Part shown: piece after piece, positions 1-12,570 of the stretch
How the letters are laid out: the number at the start of each line of letters is the position of its first letter
How positions within the stretch are numbered: the first letter of the stretch is position 1
Origin: Bugula neritina
Lineage: Eukaryota; Animalia; Bryozoa
DNA length: 64,000 bases
Assembly: GCA_964035545.1 (NCBI GenBank)
Contig: OZ037767.1
Location: 7,386,381-7,450,380 of the forward strand
Direction: 5' to 3'
Program-made: the position numbers and the translations under genes
Notes under the pieces: model-generated
What the model was told of the DNA's origin: nothing
The model's database searches: none
What the model saw: only the letters and a program-made list of their open reading frames with translations

Positions 1-924
1 GTATAGATAATTATAAAAATGCTGAGTATTGACAAACAGAATTGCAGTGAATTCAAAAGTAGACGTAAAACTGAATGTAATTTATTTGAAAAACACTCCA
101 GAATTACTGAAATTTCCATCAACCAACGTCTTAAAGCGCATTTTTGGCCTTGAAATTAATACTTGTGTCAAGGCTTAGTCTGAACAATAACTACGCAGTG
201 TAGTATCGCTATATGCAAATCCCCCAATTGTAGTGAATGCAATCTATTTATTCACCGCAATAGTTTCAACAACTATTCTGACAATAATCTTTTTAAATTA
301 TTTTATAAACTTTTTTCTTCAACTTTTACTTTAAGTTTAAGACTATTAGTAACTAGAAGTAATAATCAGTATGAATGTGAATATTTTAATTATAATTATT
401 ATAATAATTATTATATTTTAACAATACTTCTGTATGATAAGTTAAATATTAGGACTATCAGTATGACTATGAGTGTTACTGTTACTGTTAGTGGCTGTAA
501 GACTAAGTGTAAGTGAAGTCACCCAGCCTGAGTCTTATCAAGGAAAAGTGAATATTTGAAGATATCTGCCAAAAGCTAAGGGCCAGAACTTTAATGCTTG
601 AAACATTTCTGTTCAAGCGCTGCAAGTGAAGTGTACTCAGTATTGAATATGCGCACATTGCCAACTGTCCTAGGATTAACTTCTAATCACTAATGGTCCT
701 TTGTGCAATACACATAGTGATAGTCTCCATAACTTACAAGTACATCAGAATTAGTTGCCTCTTCACTATCTTTTGATAGTTTAGTTATATGTTCGATTTA
801 ACATTAGTTTATAATCTGTTGTTTTTATTTATTACTTTTAAAATTTTCAAAAGTGACAATGCTGAAAATAGAATGCTGACAGATTAAAGTTGTTAGGTTT
901 TTATCATTTCACAGAGCAATTGCC

Positions 925-2306
925 ATGATCGCTGATAATAATTGGAAACTGGAGATAGAAGAAAATACAGATACCTGTAAATCTTACCGTGTATATAGAA
1001 AGAGACTCACATTCTTCCACCTACTTTTCAGTCCACTTGTGTCATTAGTATGTCTAGTCATAGCAGTGTACGTAGGCTATCATCTTGTTGCTGAATTCTC
1101 TGAGGAAACTAATATATTTCACCAGGTTGGTTTTTAATTTATGCCTAGTCAAAATATTTATTTATATCAGTTAGCTGAAGACTTTAAACCAAATTCTGGG
1201 AGCTTTTAGGTCGAATTGAATTGTGTTAAATGAACATGATTGAGCTTTGTAAATGTATTTTACTTGTGGGCCTTTTTGTCTTTGTAGGAACTGGTGTTCA
1301 CTTCTGTATTTGTTGGACTCTGTATCATAATGCTCATGCGCGGCCTTCAATCAATGCATACGTGTGAAGGTAAATGTTGTGTTTGGTGTATTACTATTGC
1401 TGTTATATGCAATTTATAGCATGTTATACATACTGTGTGTATATTCTTTCAAACAACAAATACGACTTTTTCTAATAGTTAATCAATTATTAATTTATAA
1501 TATCAAAACACTTCTAAATGAACTAATCTCAAAGTTAAAACAATTATATTAAAAAGTCAGCACCACTCATATTTTATTATATTGTTTACTTGCACATATT
1601 TATTTGTTATAATCAGAGAGTGTCTTAGTCAGCCAAGGATTTGGGATTCAGGTAACCAGCACCAAGTCATCTGGATCTACCTCTTCATCTTTCTATCCCA
1701 TTCAGAATATACACAGTATCGTCATCAACGAAGGCATTAGCATGGTTTGTGTATTTTTATACAATTTATATTACATTCTTCAATGCTAATTAGCAATTAT
1801 TTATATTATATTATTTAATGCTAATTAACAGTTATCCACATTAAAAAGCACCATTTTAAATTGCTATGTTGTATTACATTTTATTGTGAATTTTGTCAAA
1901 TAGAACACTCTTTGGCATACTATCCCTATATGTTGTGTCTATGCTTTGTAGCATCAAATCGTGTTTTACTTGGCTTTGGTGTTGAAAAATGAAACCAGTG
2001 TGGAGCTTGAGTCATTACAACCACTGTTTATGGTAAGGTACATTCTGAAGCTGAAGATTGTAACTCTGGTAATAATATAGCTCTATTTACATGCTAATAT
2101 TTATATTTTAAAATACTATTATAATTTTCAACACAGTTGAATATTATAAATTGCTACCAATTTTGCTTTGGTTATACCAACTATTATAATGAAAATCTGA
2201 TATTATTTTACAGAATTCCAGACCTCGGTTGCCTCTGTTACAAGTTCTTTACACCGACATGAACAAAACATTTTCATTGGGTTCAACCAGTAAATCTGAG
2301 AGTTGA
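925..2306 (+). CDS. PIGH: GPI-GlcNAc transferase subunit H (PIG-H), 5 coding exons, ~194 aa
   Basis: Exons 925-1125, 1288-1369, 1617-1744, 1952-2032, 2214-2306 join in frame via GT-AG introns. Two hydrophobic segments are followed by ESVLVSQGFGIQVTS..SFYPIQNIHSIVINEGISMHQIVFYLALVLK..LQPLFMNSRPRLPLLQVLY, matching the PIG-H pattern (ExLL..LGIQ, IVINE, YL, F...PRL). Confidence 0.9.
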
Positions 2307-2742
2307 ATGGGTAATAATATTAGATATATAGGGCCATGTTCTTCTAGCTATGTTTTTATTATAATGAGTTATAATAATATGAGGTCCTTTGCAGTCGTGT
2401 ATGTTTTTATGTTTCTCAACTGATTGCTAAGCACTTTACAGCTTAATATGGGAGAGTAGAAATTAGTTTTGTAGAATTACACGTACTCTATCAACATCGC
2501 TTTTTAGTTTTACTTTCTTGAAATAATTTATTGGTTAAAACCTGTCGTACGTTGACAATGTAACTGCGGCAGACGTAATCCACACCCCATGTTGACTCAT
2601 GGCGGAGTATGGATGACTAGAAACACTACGCTTACGTGTATATATATATGCATACATAACACAATATATGTATAAACATAAAAACTCAAACTGGAATTAA
2701 GACTGAGATGGGACAGGAATATTCTAGAAGCTTTAGAATATT

Positions 2743-5700
2743 CTAGAAGCCTTTAGAAGCCTGGTACCAAGTCTCCATTGTGTCATCGTCTCGAAACTGT
2801 GCCACCTCATCCTCTTCACTGAACTCTATTGTTCTGTGTTTCTTAGGTGGTGTGGGCTCAGTGAGTGGCGGGATGTACTTTTCTCTCGGTGACAGAGTGT
2901 TGGGGGACGGTGGTGAGGACAAGAAGACTGTAGACGTTTGGGGACTGGACTCTGTGCACTACAAACATACAGACTATAAGATATCAGTCATTGTCTGCTC
3001 TCTGAACCTCTCTCAAGATGTGACTAACTCTGAGTCAGAGTAGATATTGAATTGTGAAATCATCTGATTTATATGGCTTTATTTCTTTTAAATTGGAGTT
3101 ATCTTATTAAACTGTTACCCTGTGTATATGACTTGTGTGGCTATTTACCTCTACTTGCGTGTTCTTAGTTATCCGTGATTGCGCTTCGTAGATCACTTTT
3201 TGATTTTTTGTCATTCGATTCCATTTTCTTACACCTACAATAAAATATGTATATGAATAACACAAATGCATGTACATTTTTTGTAACACAATGTAGTTGT
3301 TGAAAAAATAAATTTTATAAATTTTGCGATACTCTAATATTTCCAAGCTGTTTTCTTATCGTGATCATCCTGTCTCAACACTTTAAATTGATTTCTACAG
3401 TGATATGACCTTGCCAGTCAGAAATCACTTTGTACTATGCTAAGATACATCAATGGATTTTGTGCATCTAAGCGGCTGTGAAGCCACGCAACTGATGCAT
3501 AAAAAACCGGCTGCAAAGTATTCTTCATTCGTTGACCTTGCAGGAAGCACTACTCGACTTTAGGACAACTGATATCTTAGCCACAAAAGGCAAAAAAGGG
3601 AATTGTAAAGTAATTCACTTACTGTGTAGTTCATTGGTTACCCAGCAATCAGCTAACTAATAAATTAAACAGCTGCAATTCCTAAAGTACTCCAATAACT
3701 TATCTGGTAAACTACTAAAAATTGAATTGCATCACTAGGGATAATGTCATTGTAAAAGCAGACAATCCTTATTTTTTAAGATAGATTATGTTTAAATAAT
3801 ACACTATACATTAGTTGCTGATAATTTCAACTTAACAATGAAAATATTTTGCAATCTAGAGATATGCTGGTAATGCATTGTATTCGTACAAATATATTAT
3901 TGAGACTGGCTGCCCAGCATGTTTTACCTCTCATGAACAAGTCTTGTTTGGTGAGACGGGATTGTGTCTTCAAGTTTTTACGTTTCTCGTATTCTTTGTT
4001 GAGGTAGTCACTCATAAATATCTGATAGGCTGTCTTGGGTTTTGCTGATCTCTCCTGGTGTTTCTTACTCTATGAAAGAAGTTGAGATGACAACAACTCT
4101 TCATACACTGACACTCTGGTGTCTGCTGCATATAGCCTAAGTTCTATGCACTGCTTATGCATTTGAGACACTCTATGTATAGTTGGAAGCACATGCACAA
4201 ATAATTGTTTCGTATATTAGCAGTGCTGAATGCATAATATATGAATCTGTTTGGCATAATTTACATAAAAAATTGGCAATTTATAATTGGGTTTTCTACT
4301 ACTTGCTTTGTAGTATTTTACTTTGTATAAATATTTTACAAAAAATGCATATAGCTATAAAATAAAGCTTTAGTATATTGACTACTTGTGAGCAATAAAT
4401 TTACACATGGTGTACAAATGACCATGATACATGGCATTAAAAGGTGCAAACAAGTTTTAGCAGCTAGCACAAATAATCGCTATACTAAATAATAATTGCT
4501 TATACCACAATATATATAAATTATATAGTGTAATGCACTATATATTTTGACATTACATAATTACAAACTTATAAATTTGTAAATCCTGTAAATAGAAAAA
4601 CTGTTCTAAGTTTTGTATTCAAAATGAGATTCATCTTCACCTGATATTCTCTCATTTTGTTCAAATATTCATCTTGTTTCAGCTTAGCCTCTTTTTGAAA
4701 CTCCAACTTTTTATGAGCCGACATGTCTCGCCAAACCTCAGCTCCTGCATTATTAGTAATATAGAATTAATATAGAATAGATAATATAGAACTATAAATA
4801 TAAAATAAATAATATAGAAGTAATATAAAATGATTAATGTAGAATTAACATAAAATAATTTTTATATAATCATTATAGGATAATTATAATAGAGAATTAA
4901 ATTAAAGTCAAATCTGATGGCTAATTTTTCAATGTGTAATAAACAAATCTCTCATATGCCTGTACTAATATGTTATCCAACTTCTATATTACAAATAAAG
5001 CATTTTTGGCAAGGTTACTAATGTCATCTCCTTTTTAAAGCACAATTTAGCAGTATATTTTGTAAAATATATACTGTACATACAGTGAAGTATACTCACA
5101 AGTTACATAGGTTTATAGTTGCCATTCCTCCGAGAACCTTCTAGGAAAAATTATTTTTAAGCCAGCTAGGGCTTTTCACTCTTATGGTGAAGTATGCAAT
5201 TGCATGTAAAATTTGTCTATATAATGTAGCAACTAAGTAGTAGGTATTATAAGTTACCACCCACCTATATCAGTCATCTCTGAGAATGGGATATTAGGAT
5301 ACTGAGCTGAGTATTTCCCTCTAAACTCATTCATAAACAGTTTGAATGCTGTTAGTGGTCTCTGAGGTGCATCAGGATCAAAATATGGTTCAGTGGCTGG
5401 CTTTATCAAGTGTCTATAAGAACACGGGTCAATATTTTTATTATTCTAATATATTATAATTAATTGTGGTACTAACTCTAATTGCATAAGTTACTATTTG
5501 ACACAAGTTTTTACCTTAATAATTGTTGATATATAAGTATTAAAGGATTGCTCTATCTTGTCTAATAAATGGCCATTTAGGTCAAACACACATAATATTG
5601 TGTTTTTCTAAGCATGCATTGACAAAAAGCATTTGACCAAAGGTAGAAAAAGTTAGTTGAAGTTGAGGGTGTAGATTGGTAACAGCCAAAACGCCGATTT

Positions 5701-8700
5701 TGAAATGAGCTGGGAAATGTGACGTAACAGCGCCAGCATTCCTGCTGGTCACGTGACTATACAAAGGAATAACTATAGAAATATGACTGTGAGATGTGAT
5801 CTTTCAGCTCGTAATTTGTATATTTATAGAAGTGCAAATGTGAATTATCTCAATCTATAGTTTTTTGACATGTTAAATAACATGTATGTGATAACATTAG
5901 GCCATATTTTGCTTGTAAACATAGAAAAAAGCATTGCAAAAACATGCATTCTTTAGGATGAATGCCTGCGATCGATCTAAACTAGGTCAGATTGTGCAAT
6001 ATTACGGGCGCACCAAAGCTGACCTATATAGCGCACTGTAACTGCTTGAGCGTTATTGGTTGGTGTTGCGCTAAGCAACCTTGAATACTAGCGTTATAGT
6101 TAGCCTAGGGCCACACGGTGCATATTTTCGCATGCGAAAATTGAAATCACAAGTAGCCAAGGTGTCCACTGTGCGCGTTGAGAAAACGTTCGCACTTGTC
6201 GCTCTGCATTTTCAACGCAAGTGCGAATCGTCTCTGTCGTCGTCACCTAATTGGCTGGAAGTTATTCAGCGAGCCCAATTTCTTTATTTAGTGCTACATT
6301 CCAGTAAATTGCGTTTTATTGAAAGCGAGTGCGATTTAAAAATGAAAGCTTTATTTATCACGCATCACTGACGCTACAGTGGACCACCTTTGCTACTTGT
6401 GATTTTAATTTTCGCATGCGAAAATACGCACAGTGTGGCCCTAGGCTTAGCACGTGCAGCATAGTTACTGGCGTTCACACGTCACGTATTAGGCTATTCG
6501 TTTTCATGGCTGAAAATTTTACTTCCCTCAAAATTGGAATTTTGAAAAGCTGTTTTCTAGGCACATATCCCTTTGCAAAGTCACAATTGTTTGCATACAC
6601 ATTAGATTATAGTTCATAATTATAATGTGATTGTAATAAACTAAGATAGAGCAATCCTTCAAACTTAAATGGTTTTAAATAAGAAAAGGATTACATTGTA
6701 TAACTTATTGTTATATACATATTGTTTTGTAGTGCAATGAAACTTTAGCTTCAAAGGTATATTTTGTTATTACTGCTGAAAATAATTAATAATCAGTTAT
6801 TTTATGTGAATACTTAAGGACAGAATTTGCAAGTTTTTAACATTAGCTGAAGTTTGTTCATAGAAGGATCTTACTTAGTAAATTGTAATAGAAAGCTTTA
6901 TTGTGACATAGTTTACCTCTTTTCTATTGGTTTGTTAACAACTCTTTGTTTACTCTTCAACTTCTTGCTAGAATAAGTTTTACTTCTTCTGCTTGTAGCT
7001 AGTTTGCTAGCCCGAGGTCTTTTCTTTGAAGATTTTGAGTTTTGTTTGGAGTTAGCTCTCCTTTCCCTACTTCTACTCGAAGCTTCCTGATGAGCCTCAG
7101 GCGGTTCATCTTCGTTTATACCATCACTTTCCTCGTCAGACTCCATCTCCTCATCTTCTACATCGGTTGCTGCGTTAAAATCTGCAGACGTCCCAACACT
7201 AATGTCTGGGAAAAGTTCCTCAGGCTATTATTAAAGCAAAAAATTTTCCCAAATGTAGATTAGAGTTACGAGTTTGATTTTGGAGGTTTGGGGTTCAGGC
7301 AATGATTTCTATACAAACACTGCACTCAACGACCTCCAACTTTGTGCTGTTTATAGTGATTCCCTATTTTGTAATCGACACAACTGATCTATTTTAAATT
7401 TTTTTCAACTTTTTCAAAAAAATTTCCAGTTTCAACATATGCACCAGCTTATGACAGTTATTAACATTGTGCTACAATTATTTTTGCTGTGCAAACTCCA
7501 AACAAGGAGAGCTCCATGGAAGACATGAATGCATGTTTTTCCAACACTTGATTTTCTAGCAAACAAATTAGACCACAGTGGGGGCCATTGGAACCGAGAG
7601 AAGATATCTTTCCGCTACCACTGTTGCAAGTTTATGCCTTTATGTTTTTATGCAAGTATAATTTATGCACCTGAGGAGCTCCTTTTGGGATGTTTATAAT
7701 ACACTAATGCACAGCATATAAATATTGATGAGGTGACTGCAATATAATGTAATGTTGTTATGATGTCCTAGTGACAGCAAATACACTGCAGCTTTTATCA
7801 GATTGCTAAAAGATGATAGCACTTTCAAAAACAAAACGTCTATAATATCTCTTAACTACCGCAAAATGACCAATATATACATGCAGTGCAATGCAGTATA
7901 AGGCCTATTTTCTAATTATGTTTTCAAAAAGTGCTTTATAAATGACCAACCAACAAGCATTCACTTTGCCGGTTCCTTTATTAATTAGTTAACAGGAGAT
8001 AGAAATTTTACATGCGGGTTAGATGACAACTAACTGCAAGGAGGTTTGTTTTTATTGGTTGAATTTGCAAAGTCCAATTAACACGGGAATATTAATATGT
8101 ATTTCTACACGCCATCGCGATGGATTATGAAGCAACTGTTGCATAAAATCAAAAGCAGCTATAAACTAGTGCTGAACAGTATTGAAAGTACTAAAGTTAT
8201 TATTTAGGCATTCAGATTTTTTAGGTACTAAGTTGCTAAATTCTTTGCTTATTTGTTGTGTAAAATAGTTTCTTTTAATATAAATATGATAGCAAGGGTA
8301 TTAATCACTATAACATACTATATAGGTTGCAACACATATCAATAATCTACCTTAATATTATTAATACATTATAACTTTTATTGAACTTTTAGTTATAATC
8401 AAAGCTTTAACACAAACCAGAGTTAATATATTTTAAAACTTTTCTAGAATTACAGCAAGGCTTGAATGTATTATTAACATTATATTGGACATGCATTTTC
8501 AATTACACATAAGTGTAATTTTTTTCAAAATCTCAATTTTTAAGAAAGGAACGAGTAAAACTGGCAATTATTTTTATCCCACTTTCTAAGATGCCTATTT
8601 TATAGCCAACACTTTGGAATAGATGCACACTATTTATGATGACCTCAAACAGGATATACACATTACATGCCGAATATATAAAATGTGTTGCCTGTCGGTA

Positions 8701-10420
8701 CCTCAATAAGTTATTTAATGCCAGAGTTGGACTAGCTAGATTATAGATGAAGAGTGAAACTTACAACTGTATTATATGACATGCTACTCATATCTGCAGA
8801 AATACAAGCTTCAGAGTTGCTTCCCCCTATTCGCTGATCTGCTTCGTGCAGCTCTGCCTGATATGGTACGGCTCCTTCCACTGCCACTGTCACTGCCTGC
8901 ACTGACTGTAAATTTGGCTTGTCCATCTTGAGATCTGAAACTGATTTTAAAATGTTGGTAAGAAAAACCAACCAAGAAAAATAATTCTAACTTGATACAT
9001 TTTTGTACATGTGTTTGTTGGTGTGCTATAAAAATTTTGCCCCAACTTAGATTCAAACCTTGGACCTCCGGCTTGCAAACTAGCGCACTAACCATCACAC
9101 CACAAGGGCTACTGAATAATTTCAACACTAAATGTGCATTAAGACTGATATATGTATATTCCACCAAGAGATTGCTTCAGGTGTCTACTAAACCTACTTG
9201 ATTCATATGTTGAGGGATTGTCACTCTTTTCTGGGACACACTCTTCGCCTAACTCTAAGTGTTCATCATCTACGTAATAATCTCCATCTTCGAGTTCATC
9301 ATCATACACGTCTGCATCCTGCATGTCGTCATGCTGCCCGTCATACTCTTTTAGTTATCGAGGAAAAATAATGACAGTTTTAGTGGCTTATTGCTTTGCA
9401 TGAACATTATTAAACTTGCCCTGCAGCCTCAAATGTCTGTAAACTTTTTATCTATACGCCAATTTTTGATTTCGTAATTCACTAATAATATATTGATTTT
9501 CACTCTAGACATGTGTCGGTCCAACAGCAATTATTAGGATGTTACAAGAGATATATTGGAACAGGGAACTTGTTTTAGTACTTAGTACAATTATTCTTTC
9601 TGATATGTTTCTATTATAAAATACTAATAAGTGCAAGCTAAAATGATATGGAATTGACTTGCATGCCCAATGTAACGTAGCACTGCATGTTAGAGGATAC
9701 AAATTTCTATAATTTTGTGTGTGAAAGTTAAAAAATAAAAGTTAAGAAATAACTTAAATGCTGGTTTAAATTAGTTTGTAAGGAAATCACAATTTTATTC
9801 GATTTACAACAAACATACAATATACAGCCAGTCTTAGCACATTATACCTTGCTAATTAATTTATTGATTACCTGACTGCAATTTTTTTTTAATAAACTAA
9901 TATTAAATCATAACACAATGACCATAAAATATCATAAAATCAAGTAGAGAATTGTACTCTTCAGTGACAGCAAGAGGTGTCTTATTAAAAAAAGTAATAA
10001 TTATTTCTCTTCACAATCCATTCTTAATGTGCAACTTTTGTCTTGTTAGGGTAACTAAAACATTTTTTGCTGATGAATTTCAACCTTAAGTTTCACAAAA
10101 CCTAATGAAGGATTGGTACATGATTTCATAACATAGCAATCAAACTATTGATCAAGCTCAAACTATTTTTTCCGACAAGCATTAACAGTAAAAAACTGTT
10201 TTAGCTCTTGCTTTAGTTAACTCTAAAGTTACTTTTTAACTTGATAAAACTAATCATTTCCACCAAATGACGCAAATTTTGATCTATAGATTTAGAATAG
10301 AATATGTATGATGTATAGCCATTAGCCATAGTATTCTTTATACACAAATTTATGCATATATTACATTTACTTTGAGCTCTACACACCTGGATATTCAACT
10401 TCTTCATAATCTCCCTCCAT
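2743..10420 (-). CDS. Protein with long acidic/basic low-complexity N-terminus and two HMG boxes, 9 coding exons, ~462 aa
   Basis: Phase-consistent exons 10387-10420 (MEGDYEEVEYP), 9198-9347, 8765-8934, 6917-7224, 5265-5413, 4641-4744, 3928-4069, 3119-3234, 2743-2958. Box 1: DPDAPQRPLTAFKLFMNEFRGKYSAQYPNIPFSEMTDIGAEVWRDMSAHKKLEFQKEAKLKQDEYLNKMREY. Box 2: KPKTAYQIFMSDY..LFMRGVRKWNRMTKNQKVIYEAQS. First and last exons are less certain than the HMG exons. Confidence 0.8.
5544..6658. mobile_element. Non-autonomous TIR DNA transposon, Kolobok-like (TTAA target, AGG...CCT termini), in HMG gene intron
   Basis: Left TTAA|AGGATTGCTCTATCTT (5540-5559); right AAGATAGAGCAATCCT|TCAA (6643-6662). Perfect 16-bp TIR, TSD with one mismatch. 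No transposase ORF. Confidence 0.65.
6103..6446. mobile_element. MITE, PIF/Harbinger (Tourist)-like, nested in the 5544-6658 element
   Basis: ~70-bp near-perfect TIRs starting GCCTAGGGCCACAC..ATTTTCGCATGCGAAAAT.., flanked by TTA at 6100-6102 and 6447-6449. Confidence 0.8.
9038..9110 (-). mobile_element. Degenerate tRNA-derived SINE head or tRNA pseudogene
   Basis: Minus strand GCCCTTGTGGTGTGATGGTTAGTGCGCTAGTTTGCAAGCCGGAGGTCCAAGGTTTGAATCTAAGTTGGGGCA has A-box- and B-box-like motifs at tRNA spacing, but broken anticodon and T stems. Confidence 0.5.
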
Positions 10421-10749
10421 CTTGCTTGTGCAGTATTACAACAGAAACAATACAATTGTTAGTATAAAACTCAATAATGTCGAAAGGAAACGAAATATAA
10501 CAAACAAAATACAAAATATTAATAAAAAGCTGTTATCTAATTAGTGACATCATCACTTTTAGTAGGTGAATTGTTGACAAAAATTTATAAAATTAAAATG
10601 ATATAAATTTTAAAAATAGTTTAAAATTCTATGCAACAATAGCTGCCAAATTTTAATTGTTTTGTTTACAACTTCTAGCACTTTTAATTTTACTCCTAAA
10701 CTGTCATACTTGTATCTAAATGTTCAAACCTAATGTGGATGGAGAATTT

Positions 10750-10915
10750 ATGAAGTGGTAGTGGTAGTAATGGAGACATTGAGAAAAGCCTGTGTTTCAA
10801 AATAGAAAAATAGCAAAAGATATTATGTTCTTGTAATAATTTTAACCTGTTTCCCAAGTCAAAAATTATTACGAAAACTAAAAAACTTAGGCTATTAAAA
10901 TTTCTCCATTAGGGT
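10750..10915 (+). repeat. Dispersed repeat family copy 1
   Basis: TTGAGAAAAGCCTGTGTT..AGAAA..GCAAAAGA..ATGTTCT..AACTTAGG shared with 35270-35400 (+), 22420-22560 (-) and 55085-55145 (-). Confidence 0.65.
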
Positions 10916-11232
10916 ACCTGAAGAAAAATTTAGAGGTCATCATTTTCTTTAACCTGTCTCAAAGCTGTTTCACAGGTTTTCTGCTAGTTACTAAATATTA
11001 TTAAATAATGCTGCCCTGGAGGTGTAAGCTAGTATGTGTCCCATTAAAGTGTCTATTCCAAACATAGTTCAAAGCTAGTGGGGGCTAAAACTAACTTTCT
11101 ATAGCTAAGACACTCCGATGACTATTTAGCACTGTGGAATTAACTTTTAATATTCAAACTGAAAGAATGGCGAGGTTATTAATAGCACTACACTGTGCAC
11201 TATGCACACACAAACCCCAAACTCCACACAGC

Positions 11233-11368
11233 CTCTACACCACACTGTCTCTACACCACACTGTCTCTACATCACATCATCTCTACACTACACTGTCTCT
11301 ACACCACACTGTCTCTACACCACACTGTCTCTACACCACACCGTCTTTACACCAAACAGCCTCTATAC
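11233..11368. repeat. 16-bp minisatellite (CTCTACACCACACTGT), ~8 copies
   Basis: Direct reading; it explains the three overlapping repetitive ORFs here. Confidence 0.9.
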
Positions 11369-12570
11369 AGCATACATGCCTATTTCTAGATATTTGTAAG
11401 CAATCAAGTTTCATATAAGGGGTTTAACTACACTGTGCAGTGATTTGTGTTATTTCAACACAAATCAGCAAACTCAGTTTTCTTGGAAAAGCACAACACG
11501 AATTTCTTATTAGCCTCATAATCAAAAAGCAAAATAATAGGCCTATAAAAGGTTTATCAAATTAATATTTTGAATGTGAAGCAACTTATGAGATAAAACT
11601 TTAGAATTTAGGGAATTATTTTTGTTACAGTTGACTTTACTACTTCATAGTTTTTAACATTATAAAAGGCACAAAGTGTAGAGTGTAAAGTTAATATCAT
11701 TTTAGCCCATGAAAAATTGATATAGCTAAAATATACTTTTGAAATATACATTGAAAAGTATTATTCCACTAATTAGCTAGCCTATTTACCTTCAAATTAT
11801 AAGAATACAAATGCATAATATTTTAGAGTTATAAAAGCAATCATGTCTATTTTAGCTGCTTCAGGCTTATATTATTACTTAATGCAATAACACAATTAAT
11901 ATAGACTTCATTTAGATTTTATAATCTTTATTACTAAGACTCTAAAATTTATTTCTTCAGCAAAATCAATGAACTTTTATCTACTTAGCTTATGGCAGTT
12001 TATAGTTTATAATTCATAATATTTGCTGTCAATTTTATTTTCAAAGGAGTTTTAAAAACGGTCGGTTTGTCACTTATCAACTTATCACAGTATTGACCTG
12101 CGATTTATGCAGATATAATCAATTAAAATATCAATGTGATGGCCCATCCCAACATTACATATGATTGAAAAACTGTTAGTGCAATACTGGAGATATATTT
12201 GTTAAATGATCTGTAAAACAATAGGAGTAGCTGGCACTTAGATAGATAAAACACACTACAATTGAGAACATACTTCTGCTGTGTAAAAAAATTGGAAGTA
12301 AAACATTTGAAGCAAAGTTCTAAAAAATTTACAATTATGTCGCATTCAAAAGTTGTTTCATTAAGGAGTCTTGAAGTATAGGCAATGTACGCAATCAATA
12401 TTGCATTATTTATATGGACACTAATTTTTTAGTTAATATTGAATTAATCTATAAAACAGGATGCTGATACCAGTCATTAAAAAATATATTATAACCTAGC
12501 ACAATTTATATTTTATACATAAGTCATAACGACTAAATACAGCATTACATAATATACAGTAGCAGCTGCG

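Noticed and set aside
7088-7110. Other CTGANGA hammerhead cores (here, ~18564, ~27777, ~43403, ~62898)
   Set aside because: They lack the stem II plus GAAA plus closing stem I arrangement.
9038-9110. Functional tRNA-Cys(GCA)
   Set aside because: Anticodon and T stems do not pair properly and the B box is degenerate; kept only as a SINE/pseudogene fragment.
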